A stretch of DNA of 64,000 nucleotides. It comes from an uncultured virus (IMG/VR IMGVR_UViG_3300030098_006717) (lineage: Duplodnaviria; Heunggongvirae; Uroviricota; Caudoviricetes). Positions 36,901 to 51,900 of the stretch are shown piece by piece (the stretch's first letter is position 1; each line of letters begins with the position of its first letter). The stretch is taken from IMG/VR virus record IMGVR_UViG_3300030098_006717; one strand, written 5' to 3'. A model generated the notes under the pieces. It saw only the letters and a program-made list of their open reading frames with translations. It made no database searches and was not told the DNA's origin. The translations under genes and the position numbers were made by a program.

Positions 36901-39900
36901 TTGTCAAAACTCAAGTATATGTAATGATGGGGTTTCTGGGGATGGTTCTTGTATTTGTTTACATTCAGATGATAGTGCAGGATATTATGGTAGAAATTAT
37001 GGGTCAAGTTTATGTAATTTAGAGTATGACAATTGTGGTGTACTTGATGGTCAAAATTTAGGATTAGATTGTAATGGTAATTGTAATGATATACCAACAT
37101 TTGATGGTACAGTAAATCATATTTCTGATGGTAATCCTAATTATTTACAAATTCTTTTAAATCACGATGATTGGGATATTGAAACTGTTTATGATGATGA
37201 GTATGGTGAAATATCATATCCTACAATAATGCAAAGATTGTGTGATTCAGCTCTCGGTAATTGTGGATGGCAGACATCGAGTAATAAAAGATACATAATG
37301 ATTAATAATTCACCTAATCAAAATGATATATCATATGATATTTTAATTAATAATGGTAATTGTAGTGAATTAGAGGAAAATAGTCAAGCTTTATGTGAAG
37401 AGATAAATAATTTAACTGATGGTTTTACACCATACGCATATATAGTAAGTAATACTACTCCTAGTGGAACTTTACATTTACATTATAATAGGAATGAAGA
37501 TCCAAGACCTTGGGACAATTTAAATAATATATCTGAATCTATTAATGTGAAAATAATTCCTAGACCTTCTGCTATTTTAGATGATTGTAATGTTTGTTCA
37601 GGTGGTAACAGTGGACATGTTGCAAACTCTGATAAAGATTGTCATGGTGACTGTTTTGGAACAGCTGCAATTGATGATTGTGGTGTATGTTCAGGTGGTA
37701 ATACAGGATTAACACCCAATGATGATAAAGATTGTAACGGTGATTGTTTTGGTTCAGCTGTTGTAGATACCTGTGGTGTATGTTCTGGTGGTAATACAGG
37801 TCATGTAGCTAACAGTGACATAGACTGTAATGGTGATTGTTTTGGAACTGCAGAACTAGATGATTGTGATGTTTGTTCTGGAGGAAACTCCGGTCACGTT
37901 GCAAACTCTGACAAAGATTGTAATGGAGATTGTTTCGGTGATGCTGCATTAGATGATTGTGCTGATTGTACAGGTGGTAATACTGGTTTAGTTGCTAATT
38001 ATGATAAAGATTGTAATGGTGATTGTGGAGGTTCAGCAGTTATAGATACCTGTGGTGTTTGTTCCGGTGGTAATTCTGGTCATGTAGCTGATAGTGACAT
38101 TGATTGTAATGGGGATTGTTTTGGAACTGCAGAACTAGATGATTGTGATGTTTGTTCTGGAGGAAATTCTGGACATGTTGCAAATAGTGATATAGATTGT
38201 ACGGGAACATGTTTTGGTGACGCTGTAGTTGATGATTGTGGTGTATGTTCTGGTGGAACGAGTGGACATGTATCAAATTCCGATAAAGATTGTTATGGTG
38301 ATTGTTTTGGAACTGCTATAATTGATGATTGTGATGTATGTACAGAAGGAAATACGGGGTTAGTAGAAAACTATTTACAAGATTGTAACGGTGATTGTAA
38401 TGGTTCAGCTATTGTAGATGATTGTGGAACTTGTTCCGGTGGTAATTCTGGTCATGTAGCTGATAGTGAAAAAGATTGTAATGGAACATGTAACGGTTCA
38501 GCGGTTATTGATGATTGTGGTGTATGTTCTGGTGGTGACTCTGGACATGTTGCAAATAGTGATCAAGATTGTTATGGAACTTGTACTTCTAATTTAGATA
38601 TATCAACAACTAATTGTATTGATGGTAATGTAGGTTTAGGATATAATCCAAGTGAAACTGCATGTTTTGCATTATCTACGGTAGATGATTGTGGTGTATG
38701 TTCAGGTGGAAATGGTGAAACTCCAAATGGTGATAAAGATTGTAACGGTGATTGTAATGGTTCTGCATTTTTAGATGACTGTGGAGTTTGTTCAGGTGGT
38801 AACAGTGGACATGTTGCAAATAGTGATAAAGATTGTAACGGTGATTGTAATGGTTCAGCTGTTATAGACGATTGTGAGGAATGTACCGAAGGTAATACAG
38901 GTCTTTCTGAAAACTATTTACAAGATTGTAACGGTGATTGTAATGGAACTGCTTTACTTGATGATTGTAACGTATGTTCAGGTGGTAACTCTGGAAATGT
39001 TGCAAACTCTGATAAAGATTGTCATGGTGACTGTTTCGGTTCTGCAATTATAGATGATTGTGGTATATGTACCGAAGGTAATACAGGTCTTTCTGAAAAC
39101 TATTTAGATTTAGGTTGTGGATGTAATGAGAATGCTCCATCGGGGTGTAATAATGAATGTGATTCAGTTTTAGAAGATGATGAGTGTGGTATCTGTGGAG
39201 GTGATGGTACAGATGATACATATGGTTGTTGTCCAGCTAATTCACCAACTTATCCAAATCAAAATACATCTGGTCAGGGACCTGATTGTGCTGGATATTG
39301 TGGTGGTAATAATTTAACTGATAATTGTGGTACATGTGATTCAAACTCCGGTAATGATTGTACTCAAGATTGTGCGGGTGTATGGGGTGGTGATGCTGTT
39401 GTAGATGACTGTGGTGTTTGTGATGGTAATAATTGTAGTTGTGTAAGTTGTACTTGTGATGATAAATGTGAAAATGGTTTTCAATATACTAATGGTTCAA
39501 GTACTTGTACTAATGGTATATGTTCAGAATGTACTTATACTGAAACATCTTGTGAAGGTAATCCTTGTGTTGGTAATTATTGTGGCGATTCTGGATGTAC
39601 TGGTGATAGTTTTGCTGGATGTCCTGAAAATCAATCTTGTAATGATTTGGGTAGTAACCAATATGAATGTATTTGTGTAAGTGGAACTTTTGATTGTAAC
39701 GGTATTTGTGATGGAACTGGTGTAGAAGATTGTGCTGGTGTATGTAATGGTGAAGCTGTAATTGATGAATGTGGTGTATGTGGTGGTAATGGTATCTCTG
39801 ATGTAGAAGATGTATTTGGTGGATATAATTCATGTGATTGTGATGGAAATATAAATAATGGTTGTGGGTGTTCATCTGAAACTAATAACCAATTTCCAAC

Positions 39901-42900
39901 TGATGGTTGTGATAATACATGTGGTTCAACTTTAGAAGATGATGTATGTGGTGTCTGTGGTGGAGATGGATATTCAGATGAAACTAACCAATGTTGTGGT
40001 GGTGAAATTGGTGATTGTAATGGTGATTGTGATGGATCTGCGGTATTAGACGATTGTGGAACATGTTCAGGTGGTAACTCTGGACACGTAGCTAACTCTG
40101 AAAAAGATTGCCATGGTGATTGTAATGGTTCAGCTATTGTAGATGATTGTGGTATATGTACCGAAGGTAATACAGATTTAGTTGAAAACTATCTCCAAGA
40201 TTGTAATGGTGATTGTAATGGAACTGCTGTAGTTGATGATTGTGGAACTTGTTCAGGTGGAAATTCTGGTCATGTGGCTAATAGTGAAAAAGATTGTAAT
40301 GGGGATTGTAATGGATCAGCTTTAGTTGATGATTGTGGTGTATGTTCTGGAGGAAACTCTGGTCACGTTGCAAATTCTGACAAAGATTGTAATGGAGACT
40401 GTTTTGGTTCGGCTTTCTTAGATGATTGTAATGTTTGTTCAGGAGGAAACTCTGATCACGTTGCAAACTCTGATAAAGATTGTAATGGTGATTGTTTTGG
40501 AACTGCAGAACTAGATGATTGTCAGGTATGTTCTGGTGGTAATACAGGTCATGTAGCTAACAGTGATCAAGATTGTGATGATACTTGTTTTGGGAACTGG
40601 AATATCAATTTGTGTGGTGAGTGTACAAATGGAGGATCTTGTCTGACACCTTTATGTGGGTGTGATCAACTTTGTGAAAGTCATGTAATTGATGATTGTG
40701 GTGTTTGTGATGGTGGAAATGCAGATAAAGATTGTTACGGTGAATGTAATGGAACAGCTGCTGTTGATGACTGTGGTGTTTGTGCAGGTGGTAATACTGG
40801 TAATACTCCTAATATAGATAAAGATTGTAACGGTGATTGTAATGGTTCAGCTATTGTAGATGATTGTGGTGAATGTACAGAAGGAAATACTGGTCAAGTT
40901 GAAAACTATTTAAAAGATTGTAATGGTGATTGTAGTGGTACAGCTGTTCAAGATTCATTGTGTCCTGGAAATGGTTGTTGTGGTGGTAATACTGGAGTAA
41001 TTTGTTCATTTTTTATGGATAATGATGCTGATGGTTATGGTGGAGCTTATGATTGTAATCAAGAATGTGGTGGAACTGCTATTATAGATAATTGTGATGT
41101 ATGTTCGGGTGGAACGACGGGACATGTTGCTGACTCTGACATTGATTGTACGGGTTTATGTTTTGGTACAGCTGTTTTAGATAGTTGTAATGTTTGTTCA
41201 GGTGGAACTTCTGGTCATGTAGCTGATAGTGACATTGATTGTAATGGGGATTGTTTCGGTTCTGCTTTTCTTGATGATTGTGGAACATGTTCAGGTGGTA
41301 ACTCTGGACACGTAGCTAACTCTGAAAAAGATTGCCATGGTGATTGTAATGGTTTAGCTTCTATTGATGATTGTGGTATATGTACCGAAGGTAATACAGG
41401 TTTAGCCAATAATTATTTACAAGATTGTAATGGTGATTGTAATGGAACTGCTGTATTAGACAATTGTGATGTATGTTCAGGTGGTAACACGGGTCATGTA
41501 GCTGACAGCGATATAGATTGTAATGGTGACTGTTTTGGTACAGCTTATTTAGATGATTGTACATCTCCTATATGTGTTGGTGGTAATACTGGTTTAGAAG
41601 CCAATGATACTTGTACTGATTGTAATGGTGATGTTAATGGAACAGCTGAAGATGATTCTTGTGGAGTATGTTCGGGTGGTAACAGTGGTCATGTAGCTGA
41701 TAGTGATATTGACTGTAATGGTGATTGTTTTGGTTCAGCATTAGAAGATACGTGTGGTGTATGTTCAGGTGGTAACAGTGGTCATGTAGCTGATAGTGAT
41801 AAAGATTGTAATGGTGACTGTTTTGGAACTGCTTATGTAGATAATTGTTCAGATTGTTGTGGTGGTAATACTGGAGTTGATTGTCAAAATTGGAATGGTA
41901 ATGGTTCTCCTGGATATCCTAACTTATTGAGTAACACTTTATCATGTGATTGTGATAGTCAATTGAGTTATGATTGTAATAATGATTGTGGTGGGTCTGC
42001 AGTAGAAGATGATTGTGGAACTTGTTGTGGTGGAAATACTGGATTAGATTGTGTATATGAAAATGGTGAACCATATTGTGGTAGTGAATTTGAGTGGAAT
42101 TGCCCAAATGGTAACCAACGATGGACATGTCTATCACAAGGAGGGTTTCATTCTAGTCAAGAAACTTGTCATAATGTATGTACTAACCAGTATGATGGTG
42201 AAGAATGTATACATGAATGTGAAGCTAATAATGGGACATGCTCGGTGAATGATGCTGATGGTCCATTCGAATGTACATATAGTAATAATAATTGTTGTGA
42301 TTGTGCAGGTTCTGCTAATGGTGGAAATTCTTTAGATGATTGTGGAACATGTAGAAATCCAAGTTGTGGTACAGATGGTACTTGGCCTGAATGTTATGTG
42401 AATAATCCATGTCCTAATGGTGAATGGCCAAATAATTTAGATTGGAATACATCTTGTTTGGGGTGTGAGGGATGTCCAAATACAGGAACTGTAATTGATC
42501 CTTGTGATATTTGTGATGGAAACAATACAGATTGTGGAGAAATTTATTTTGATTTATCAACTTATAGTTATACAATTGATGATTATGGTCAATATGTTAG
42601 TGTTGATGTATATGCCACTTCAAGAAATACAGTTGGAAAATTAGATATACCATTTGAATATCAAGTTCCTGCATATTACTTAGAATATCATGAAGCAGTT
42701 ACTGGAGTGGCTGAAATAGTTGACTTTACTTTATCATCAACATTTATAGATGCAGGATTTAATGCTTATTATTCTGGATGGTTTGGTGATTATCCAGATA
42801 ACTTATTACAAATTAGAGATGGTGAATTAAGTGCATTTAGTAGTACAAAAGTTGGTACTGCTAAATTTAAATTAGCAGAAGATAAAGTTATTCATTGGAT

Positions 42901-45900
42901 TTTCTTTGATGTTAGAGCGGATAGAAAACCAACTTTTTACAGTATGGATGATGAAGCTTACGGTGATATCTTAACAAATAATGCAGATGCAATTCAATTA
43001 ATATTTGGATGTAATGATCCACATGGTGGAGTAGCTTCAAGTTTTTCAGATAGTTATCAATCTTATCAATATTGGGGTGTAAATTATTCTGATTGTACTT
43101 ATGATGACAATGACGGTGACGCTATGAATTATCAATATCAATCTAATACTGGTATGTGTACAATGTATGCTTGTAATGAGTTTAGTCATAAAACTTATTG
43201 TACTGATGGGGGTACTACTGGTGATAATTGTTGTTGTAGTTATCCAACACTGACTCTAAATAATTTAACTTATGAAGATGTAGATTATCCAATAGCTACT
43301 CATAATGCTGATGGAATTGGAATTATGTCTTTAACTAGTGGTACTACATATAAAGATACTGATGATTTTAGATTAGATTGGACATCATCTGGTTGGGATG
43401 ATGGGTATGATATAACTACTTATGTTGATGATAAATTTAGAGCTTTTTTAGTTAAACAAGATGGAATGGAAATTATTCATTCTGAAATAGTTGATGAAGA
43501 TCAACCTTCGGAAACTTTATTTAGTACTTCATTATTGGGGGATAAAAATACCTTATCTACTGGAGCATATACATGGTATTTAACTTGGCCAGCTTATGAT
43601 TTATCTGGAAATGCTACAACATCTCCATCTTCAGGTGATGTTAAAATTTCTGATTATATCGCTTTTGTAGTTGACAGGCCGGGATGTACAAGACAACAAG
43701 ATTCATATGGTAATCAATCAAATAATTATAATAGTGTATCTTCTGAAGATCATGGTATATGTAGTGATGATAGTAGTGCTTGTATTGTTGGTGTTGATGT
43801 TTGTCCAAATAGTGGAACATGTATTTCTAGAACTTGTACATTTAGAGATATATATTATAATTCTTGGATATGTGATAATGGAGCAGATCCAACTCCTTTA
43901 TATTTTGGTAATGAACCTGATTGTGTTAGTTGGTGTACTGAACATAAAGGTGAAACCAATTGTGTACAATTAACAAACACACAATTATGTTATGAAGATG
44001 AGTTGGATAATAAATGTGATAATGACTCTGATGGTAATTATGGTGTATGTAATGGTGTAGATAGATATATTTGGTATGATGATAGTAATGATCATGATGG
44101 TGTGGGATGTATAAATACTTTAACATATGTATGTCCAGATAAAAATCATTATTGGCATATCGGAGAACCACCTGGATATGGTTGGTTATATGGTGGAACA
44201 GAATCATCTCCATCAGATTCTATAAACAATATAGATGGAATATCTATATGGAATATTCCAAATTATAATAGTCATTTATATTATTATAATAATGATGGAA
44301 ATAATGATGTTGTTTATTTGGATGGGTTAGAGAGTGGAGAGGCATGTGAATGTACATCTAAATACCATTGTACAGATACTGGTGGTGGATATATAGAACA
44401 ATCTTATATATCTTCTGATTGTGATAGTGAGTGTGAAAATGAATGTGTAAAAATAAGTTATGTTCAAGATAGTTGTGATGTATGTCAACCAACTTGGGAT
44501 GAATTAACAGATGGATTAGTTGCTCATTATCCACTTGATTTAGATTATTCTGAATTATATGGATCTGATATATCTATTTCTGGAAATCTTGTATTTTCGG
44601 ATGGACATGTAACTATGGAAGATCATCAAGCTGCTGGTGGTTCAGCTGGTCAATATTTTGGATCAAATACTATAAATAATATAAGAACTTGGGCATTTTG
44701 GGCTAAAGCTTCTTTATATTGTGGTGGTGATACAAGTTATTCTTACCAATGTTCAAGTAACGGTGATCCTTGTGGTGACTCTGGTCAACATTCTTGTTCT
44801 TGGAATACACAAACAATATTATCTACCAAATCAAGATTTACTGGTGATACTCCAGAAGATAGTTCTTTGGGTGAATCAAATCAAGTAAATATTAGTTATG
44901 GTGGTTTTCAATTTAATTCTGATAATAACGGTGGTTGGGCTTCGACTAAATCAGTTAAATCTACTGGTGCAGGTGCAATCTATCAAGATGGTGGCTGGCA
45001 TCACTATGTTGCTATTTTAAAAGATAATGGTGCAATTAATTTTTATATTGATGGAACTAATAAAACCAAATGTTCTGATTTTGAATATGGTTCTACTTGT
45101 GGTACAGGTACTTATTCACCTATTGAATTTAAATCACAAGGTTGGTTAGGAATTGGTACTGGAGCAGGTAATGGTTGGGGAGCTACATATTATGGTTCGG
45201 TTGATGATATTAAATTATATAATAGAGATTTATCTCCTGAAGAAATTGTAGAATTATATAATGCAGGTAGACCAAATTATAGTGAACTTGTTTATGATTC
45301 TAGAAATGGTTGTGGATATTGCCAATCTGAATATAGTGGTGGTTTTGATACAACTTTATTAAATGAAGAAGTATTGTGGATAAATTATGATTCTCCTACT
45401 GATTGTAATGGAACTTGTTTTGATTTAACTGATCCGACAAGTGGTCCTTTTACAAATGGATATGGTGCATATTTAGATGATTGTGATATTTGTTCAGAAG
45501 GTAATTCTGGACATACAGCTAATTCTCAAATAGATAGTTGTGGTAAATGTATGACTTCAACTGGAACAAATAATATAGGTGAAGATTTATATATTTGTTC
45601 CAATGATTGTGGTGGGGGTGTTTATGTAGATCCAGCTAATGGTTCTGATCCTTGTAATAATGTTTGTAATGGTTTTTGTGAAAGAATTAGTTCAACTTGT
45701 AATGATTTACCTACTGGACCGGCTGGTACAACTTGGACAGATTTATATACTTGGTATTGGAATTATTCTTGTATGGAATGTGATAATCAACTTAATTCGG
45801 GTGCATACAAAGATGATTGTTTTTATTGTTGTGGAACTTCGGATGCGATAACTGTTGGTGGATTTTTAGATAATTGTCACGTTGGTGAAAATGATGGAAC

Positions 45901-48900
45901 TATGACAGGTCCTTCTACTGGTTGTCTTGGATATTGTCAATATCAAGCTGATTGGAATTATGAAACCATTTCTATTTTAGATGATACGGGAACATGTTGT
46001 TATGAAAGTCAAATGGCTCATATGTTCCCAGATATTGATTATCAATATGGTGTAATGGATTATGTTGGTGAACTTGGTTTTTGTGAAGATCCAACGTGTG
46101 GAAGTCAATCTGCTTGTGAAGATGTTAATCAATGTAATTCTACTTGGTATTGGACAAATCCAATTAAATTTTGTGATGATGGTAGAGAGTATATAGTTTA
46201 CTCTGGTGGTTCATCTCTAAAATGTGATACAATTCAAGAAAACCCTGCAGTTTATCCAAATGTTAATGCTGATAGTTGTGATGCGTGGACAACTCAACCT
46301 GGAAGATTGGCGAGTGAGAGTGGATTTACTTATTATAAAGTAACTGATTTATGTGATGGTTGGATAGATGATTGTGGTTCTTGTTGGAGTAATGATCAGT
46401 ATATTAATAATTATAATGAAGTATGGAACTCTGCTATGGATTGTAGGGGAACTGTTAGTTCTTGTTCTGACGGAAATTCATGGGCAATTGATGATTGTGG
46501 TTTTTGTATTTATCCTAATTGTATTGAAGGATTAATTCCAAGTTATTGGGATGGACTTGTAAATACACTAAATGCATGTGATAATGGTTATTATCCATCA
46601 GAACAGAAATGGAATAGTTTATGTACTGGTTGTACAGATATAAATGCTGATGACAATGATACATGTTATGATTCAAGTGGTCAGTTAATTGAATGTACAA
46701 TAAGTTGTAATAATGATACTCATCAGATTACTTTAGATAGTTTTGTAGATGATAATGATGATGATACATACAATAATTGGGGAATAAGTTTTCATAGCAA
46801 TACTGGTTATTGTACAACTGAAACTAATTTTAGTAATTGTTGTTGTCACTATATTTTATCAGAACCATCTCCTCAAAAAATAGATTGGGATGGTGATGGA
46901 AATATTGATGAGGATGATAAAGTTAATGATAGATATATTCATGGTTATATTCAAGTAGGCGAACCTAGTAGTGTTATAGAACCAATTATTTTAGATTGGG
47001 TTTATTTAGGTCCTATTGAAAATACAACATTTAATATTTACAGGAATGACAGTGTCACTCCTGAAGACCCATCGTCTGTGAGTTGGGTGTCTGTAACGGG
47101 CACACCAATTAATCCCGCAGATGTTCTCCATCCTAATGAGACATTTGGTCATTACCGGTTTGCAGATAATTTAATGTATCCAATTTACGGTGATGGGTCT
47201 GAACCTTTTGTTGAAGAACAAAGATTCTTTACGTATTATATAGAAGTATTAAATGTTAATCCAGATTTAAAAAGTACAATAGTTGGATATGTTGATGGTG
47301 GTAATAGTTCACCATTACCATCTGAATTAGAAGCTTCACCTAATAACTATACATTACAAACAGATGTTGATACTCATTTAGCTGTAAATGTAGAAACTTC
47401 ATCACCATCTATTTGGATAACATCACCTACATATACTGATGTTGTTAATATAACTTATACTCCTTTTGATAATATAACTTTAAGTATTGAATATGATGAT
47501 TTAGTTTATATACCTGGAGCTGATTCTGACTTTAATCAATTTAAAGGAATAATAAGTGATACATTTGGTAATGAAATATTTTCTAGTGTATTTGATATAG
47601 ATAATACATTTGGTACTTTAGACTGGAACATAACTTCTAATATTTGGCAAAATGTAATAGAAACAGGATATTATAAAATATCATTTGAATATCCTGATGC
47701 ATCTGGTAATTATTTAACTTATGATTATGATGAAGATGGAGTAGATGATAATTATCAATTGTATATACAAGTTGTATTAGGATGTTTAGGAAATTATAGT
47801 GAAATATTAAATTCTACTTGTAATTGTTATAATTGTTATGATTTATGTGGTGAGTGTATAACCGAAGAACCTGATGGTGGTTGGGAAGAAGATTCTCCAG
47901 TACCTTCTGCTTGTTATGATGATGGATTCTATAATGTTAATGCTAGTGTAGATTATTGTACTGATGAATATGGTGTAATTACTGATATTAAATGTAATTA
48001 TCCATCTGATCCTGTATGTGGAGCTTTTGGTTTTTGTAATGGGTCATGTACTTATCCTCTTGGTGGTTGTATGGATAGTGGATCAGAGAGAGGTGGCGCT
48101 TGTATAACACCTACGGCAACTGAATGTGTAGATGATACCCAATGTGAATCTAATCAAGTTTGTGGTTATGATAACTTTTGTCATACGGAATGTAGAGTTC
48201 CTGGAATGCATGCTGATTGTGCATTTGATGGTAGTGAATGTATAAAAGCTCCTACAACTTATGAAAATAATCAAGGGTATTATGGAAGTGTAACTCCTGG
48301 TACTGCAGGTGATTATTATTATATATGTTCTCACGATATGCATGATGGATCTCCTACTATATGTAATAATAGTGAAGATAATCAAACTTGTATAGACGCT
48401 TGTACATCATCAGGTGGAGAAAATTGTGAAAGTTCAATATGTGGTAATTTTGCAACTATAGAAGATAATAGTTGTCAATATTATGGTTGTCTGGACGTAG
48501 ATGCAAACAATTATGTTTGTAATATATCACCGTATCCTGTGGGTTGTTATATAGATGCTTGGAACTCAAATGTTCCCGATAGTTGTACATTTAATTTCCA
48601 AGTTAATTTAGAATATGGTTTAGAAGTAGATGGTACTAATTGGATACTTCCAAATGGTGAATTTACAGATAAATTATCTTTAGGAGTAGAAAATAATGAA
48701 GATAATCCTTGGATTGTAGTTTTACCTTATCCGTCTGTACAACCAGATGGTGCTACAGAACAAGGTGGAGAAACTCAATATCTTGAACTTAGAGTTATAG
48801 GAGAAGATAGTAATCAATATCAAGTGTGGTATCCAACTGAATCTTCTGCTGGATTTTCTATTGTAGAATCTTTGGGAGTAGAAGGATCTGGTTGGGAAGT

Positions 48901-51900
48901 TCCTGTAGGATTTGATATTGTAGAAGATGATTTAGAAGTACAAAACCTTCAATATTGTAGTGATAATACATCTCAAGATTGTGTTACGGATGATGATTGT
49001 ACTGGAACATGTATAAGATTAATGCAAAAAATAGTAATTCCTGATTATAATCATTTAAATCCAATAAGTACAGATCCCTATAAATTTTCATTAACTTTAG
49101 TTAATCCAGAACAAACTTCTAATTCTGTAACAAAGGATTTATGGATAAAATTTATAAATAATGATTATACTCCTGTATTAGATGTTTCAGTTGGATATAA
49201 CCAATTAAATATTGATATAGCAACTGGAGATGGTGAAAATGTACAAGGTACAATGCCTCTAAAAGCTTATGATTTAGATAATGAAGAATTTACTTTATCA
49301 TTTGAAACTATAAGTAGTACTCATGAAGATCAATCAATTAATTTATTAACATATGTACCTGAAGTAACAACTATAACAAATAATGATCCAAACAATTTAT
49401 TTAATTTAGTAGTACAATCTCCAGAAGTAATCGGTTTTTACACTGCGAGAGGTACATTAAAACAAGACGTATCTAATACTATGGTTAATAGTTGGGGGTG
49501 TGAATTAGACTCCATTGGAAACGATCATGGGGATGGGGAATATTTATTTGATATGCCTTGTCCAGGTGATTGTATTTATTATTCCGAAGGGTGGGAAATT
49601 GGAAATAGTGGTAATGGTTATCCAACTTGTGCTGGTCATGATCAATGTACAGAAGCTGGTAAAGGACAATGTGTCCCTATAGTTAGACCATTACATGGTG
49701 AAATAGAAACATATTTAGATTTTGCAGTAAATGTATATGATACAAGTGGACCTTCTGGATTTTTATTAATGACACCAGTACCTTCATTTGGTATATCTAG
49801 AGATACTTGGCAATTTCAATTTGTAGGAGAAGATGGTAGAACACATATTGGTGGAGATGAATCATCTTATTCTTATGGTTCTGGTGTTGGGTTAGGAACT
49901 ATTACATATGAATATGGAGTTATAGAAGAATCTGTTACTCATCCATATGTGTGTGAAGCTGTTGAGGGAGAGTATTCATCTGTTCAATGTGATGTTGTTG
50001 AAAATGATAACGCTATTTGTATAGCTGCTGGTAATAATTTTGGTAACTGGGATTCTACAGCTTGTATTAATAATCCAATTTATGATCCATCAAATGCATG
50101 TGTTGGTGTAGATCAACAAAAACAACTAAAATTTGGTTCATCAATTTCAGAATATGCATATAATCAAATAGTTGCTGAATATGGTTTGGCTGGAGATTTA
50201 ACGGAAAATGAGTTTTTAGATTTTTATAATGATGAATCTGGTTTGCAATTTGAATTAACTAATATGGATGGAAGTGACCCACCAGAGGATCCTGAAGGAA
50301 CTCGTTCTGTTAATGGAGTTATTTATCAGTGTTACAAATATATTTCAACTGAATTTTCTGAAAATTGGGAAACAGATGTAGAACAATATACAGATGTTAT
50401 TTCTAATCCAAATTATGGTGGTTGGTTACCTAAAAATGCATATAATCCAATCAAAAATCCAAGTGGTGATCCAAATGATACTATTTGGAAATATCAACTT
50501 GAAATTCAAGATGAATATGGTAATGAACTTTATAAAAAAACATGGCAAGATTGGATTAATGAAGATACCCTTTTACCAAGTTATTGGGATTGTAGTGATT
50601 CAGATAATGATGGTAATAATGATTATTGTTGGTACAGCGGTCCTGGTGGAACTCCAACTACTTATTATCCTCCACCTAATTCTAATATGGCTGTTTCTAA
50701 TGTAGAAAGTATAGTAAAAAATGTAGTTAGATTTAAATTTTCAGAAGAAGGAGTATATAAAGTTATAGGAAGGGCTTGGGATTTACATTATAATGAAGAT
50801 CCATATCAAGGAACAAATTCTGGATCTTTAGAGTATGAATTAAATGTTGAACCTGTAATTCCAATTAAACAATCAGTTCCTCAAAAATATCTTCCTTGGC
50901 AGGGTATTAATTATCCTGAAAATATTTGGGTTGATAATTATCGTGGAAATGATTATTTAGATTTTATTAATAAATCAACTAGAAGAAAATTAGGTTGTTT
51001 CTGGGAAAAGGATAATGAGTTTCTAACTTGGACAGAAATAGCAGAAAATCAATATGATGATAATATCAATAAATCCGTTATAGTTTCAACTCAAACTTAT
51101 GATGATGCGTGTTCTTCTCAAGTTGAAAAAGAGGCAATGAATAATACTACATTAGAAATTAAAAATGCAGTTATTTCTAGAAATTATGGAAATGATAACT
51201 ACAGCAATTTAATATTGAATTATCATTCTAATACATATTATGATAATGAATATAAACAAGGGGCTCTTATCAACCCAATTGATATTATAGATCAGTCTGT
51301 ATTTATGGAAGATATAGGAGGTGGATGGAGATTTAAAGAATTTACTTATTTGGATATGGATATTTATATTGAAAATTTAGATTTTGTACCTCATCAAATA
51401 GAATGGACAAATGGTTGTAATTTAGGTACTAGTGGTTGTGGTGGAATTACAGTATCACTTATGCCTGAAGTTGGTTTTTGGGAAATAGGTTGGAATCATA
51501 TTAAAGCTGATTTACATTATGGTGTTGGACATCAATCTCAAGATATAAATCCCAATAATATGGGAAGGTGGGAAATATATAGAACTGGATGTGATGGTGG
51601 ATATGATATAACATTTGTTCCTGATGTTGATGTTAGAACACCATTATCATTATTAGGTAATAGATCTACTCCATTTAATTATTGGGATGAGGATTTAAAT
51701 AAAGATGAATTTGATGAAAATAAAGCTCCTGTAGAACTTCAATTTTATTTCTATAAAAGAGAATTAAAAAAAGTATGTCAGGATACTAATAATAGTTGTT
51801 ATACGGATAGTGAATGTAGTGATGATTTAAAATGTGTAGATGTAATGTTTGAGGATTTACCTATTATTCCGTTTTCAAATCCATCAGATACTTTCATTGG

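Noticed and set aside
37580..41839. Regular DNA repeats as a possible CRISPR array or DGR template/variable pair
   Set aside because: Units are in-frame coding repeats with mostly synonymous variation. There are no unique spacers, no adenine-specific mismatch pattern, and no cas or reverse transcriptase gene in the window.
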